Part shown: positions 63,391-64,000 of the stretch, one piece after another | Position numbering within the stretch: the first letter of the stretch is position 1 | Layout of the letters: every line of letters begins with the position of its first letter | NCBI GenBank assembly: GCA_903813345.2 | Contig: CAIIXF020000001.1 | Span: forward strand, 25,110,001 to 25,174,000 | Direction of reading: 5' to 3' | From: Owenia fusiformis | Taxonomy: Eukaryota | DNA: 64,000 nt | Translations under genes and position numbers: made by a program | Notes under the pieces: model-generated | Seen by the model: the letters and a program-made list of their open reading frames with translations, nothing else | The model's database searches: none | Told to the model about the DNA's origin: nothing

Positions 63391-64000
63391 TTAACCCTAC
63401 TATCACACCAAACTAGTTCTCACTACGTTCTCGAAAACGGGCTTCAACTGTGTACGAACGGACTGGACCTACTAAGAACCGTTTGGGATCTATTTACAAA
63501 CTTCATCGAACGTACTCGAACGGGTAGGTCCTCTAGAACTTAGACAATGCTCAAAATGTTCTCGTGGTCGTCACGTTCTACAATAAGAACGAGTGACAAC
63601 GTACTAACGACGTGCTGGACGTACTACGAACGGAACCGTCGTACTTCAATCCTACTAGGGACGTTTTAACAACGAGTTGAACTGTCTGAGGACGTGTTGA
63701 GAACGATGTAGAACTAATTGCAAACGGGTTTAAACTGATTAAGAACGTATTTAACACTGCTTATTAACGAGTTAGCAAAAATATAGCTATCACACCAAAC
63801 AAGTTGCCACTGCGTTCTTCAAAACTGGTTTTAAACTGTGTGCGAACGGAATGAACGTAGCTGCAACTTTCTAAGGTCTATTTACGAACTTTATGAACGT
63901 TCTCAGACGGGAATGTGATTTTAGAATTTTGAATCGAAATTCGTTCTGTAATCAGGTCATGTTGACCTTCTAGACTAAGGGACGCGTTCTACGACGTTGC
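63391..64000. mobile_element. Second copy of the 50725-51365 repeat, with a TTAA|CCCT start
   Basis: TTAACCCTACTATCACACC begins a block colinear with 50725-51320; TTAA-CCC is a piggyBac-type terminus. Runs off the window end. Confidence 0.7.

Overview
AT-rich, intron-containing animal (probably marine invertebrate) genomic DNA with one 500-N scaffold gap. By hand-splicing with consistent GT-AG boundaries and phases I recover: (1) a large minus-strand gene (~7994-29352, 14 coding exons, ~1900 aa) for a ZPBP/Sp38-like protein with an unusual architecture: signal-like segment, ~900 aa of Lys/His/Arg-rich tandem repeats, furin-type site, Ig domain, Sp38-like Cys domain, GCC2/ephrin-receptor-like Cys repeat, one TM helix, and a Pro/Gln-rich tail ending in a WH2-like helix; (2) an intronless galactose-3-O-sulfotransferase CDS nested antisense in one of its introns; (3) a divergently transcribed plus-strand gene (36522 to at least 44272) for a secreted protein with three discoidin (F5/8 type C) domains separated by polybasic, furin-site-bearing linkers, apparently sharing a compact bidirectional promoter (two CRE palindromes flanked by outward-facing YY1-type motifs); (4) the first coding exon of an unidentified gene at the left edge; (5) degenerate coding-like sequence at 57-61 kb. 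The remainder is dense with transposons: a very young non-coding LTR element (1106-bp LTRs, 4-bp TSD), nested hAT/Tigger and mariner/Kolobok-like stacks, HINE-like elements, MITEs, a LINE remnant and minisatellites. The most interesting inference is a compact, possibly co-regulated gamete-recognition/acrosomal module. Family assignments are from motif recall; no database searches were run.
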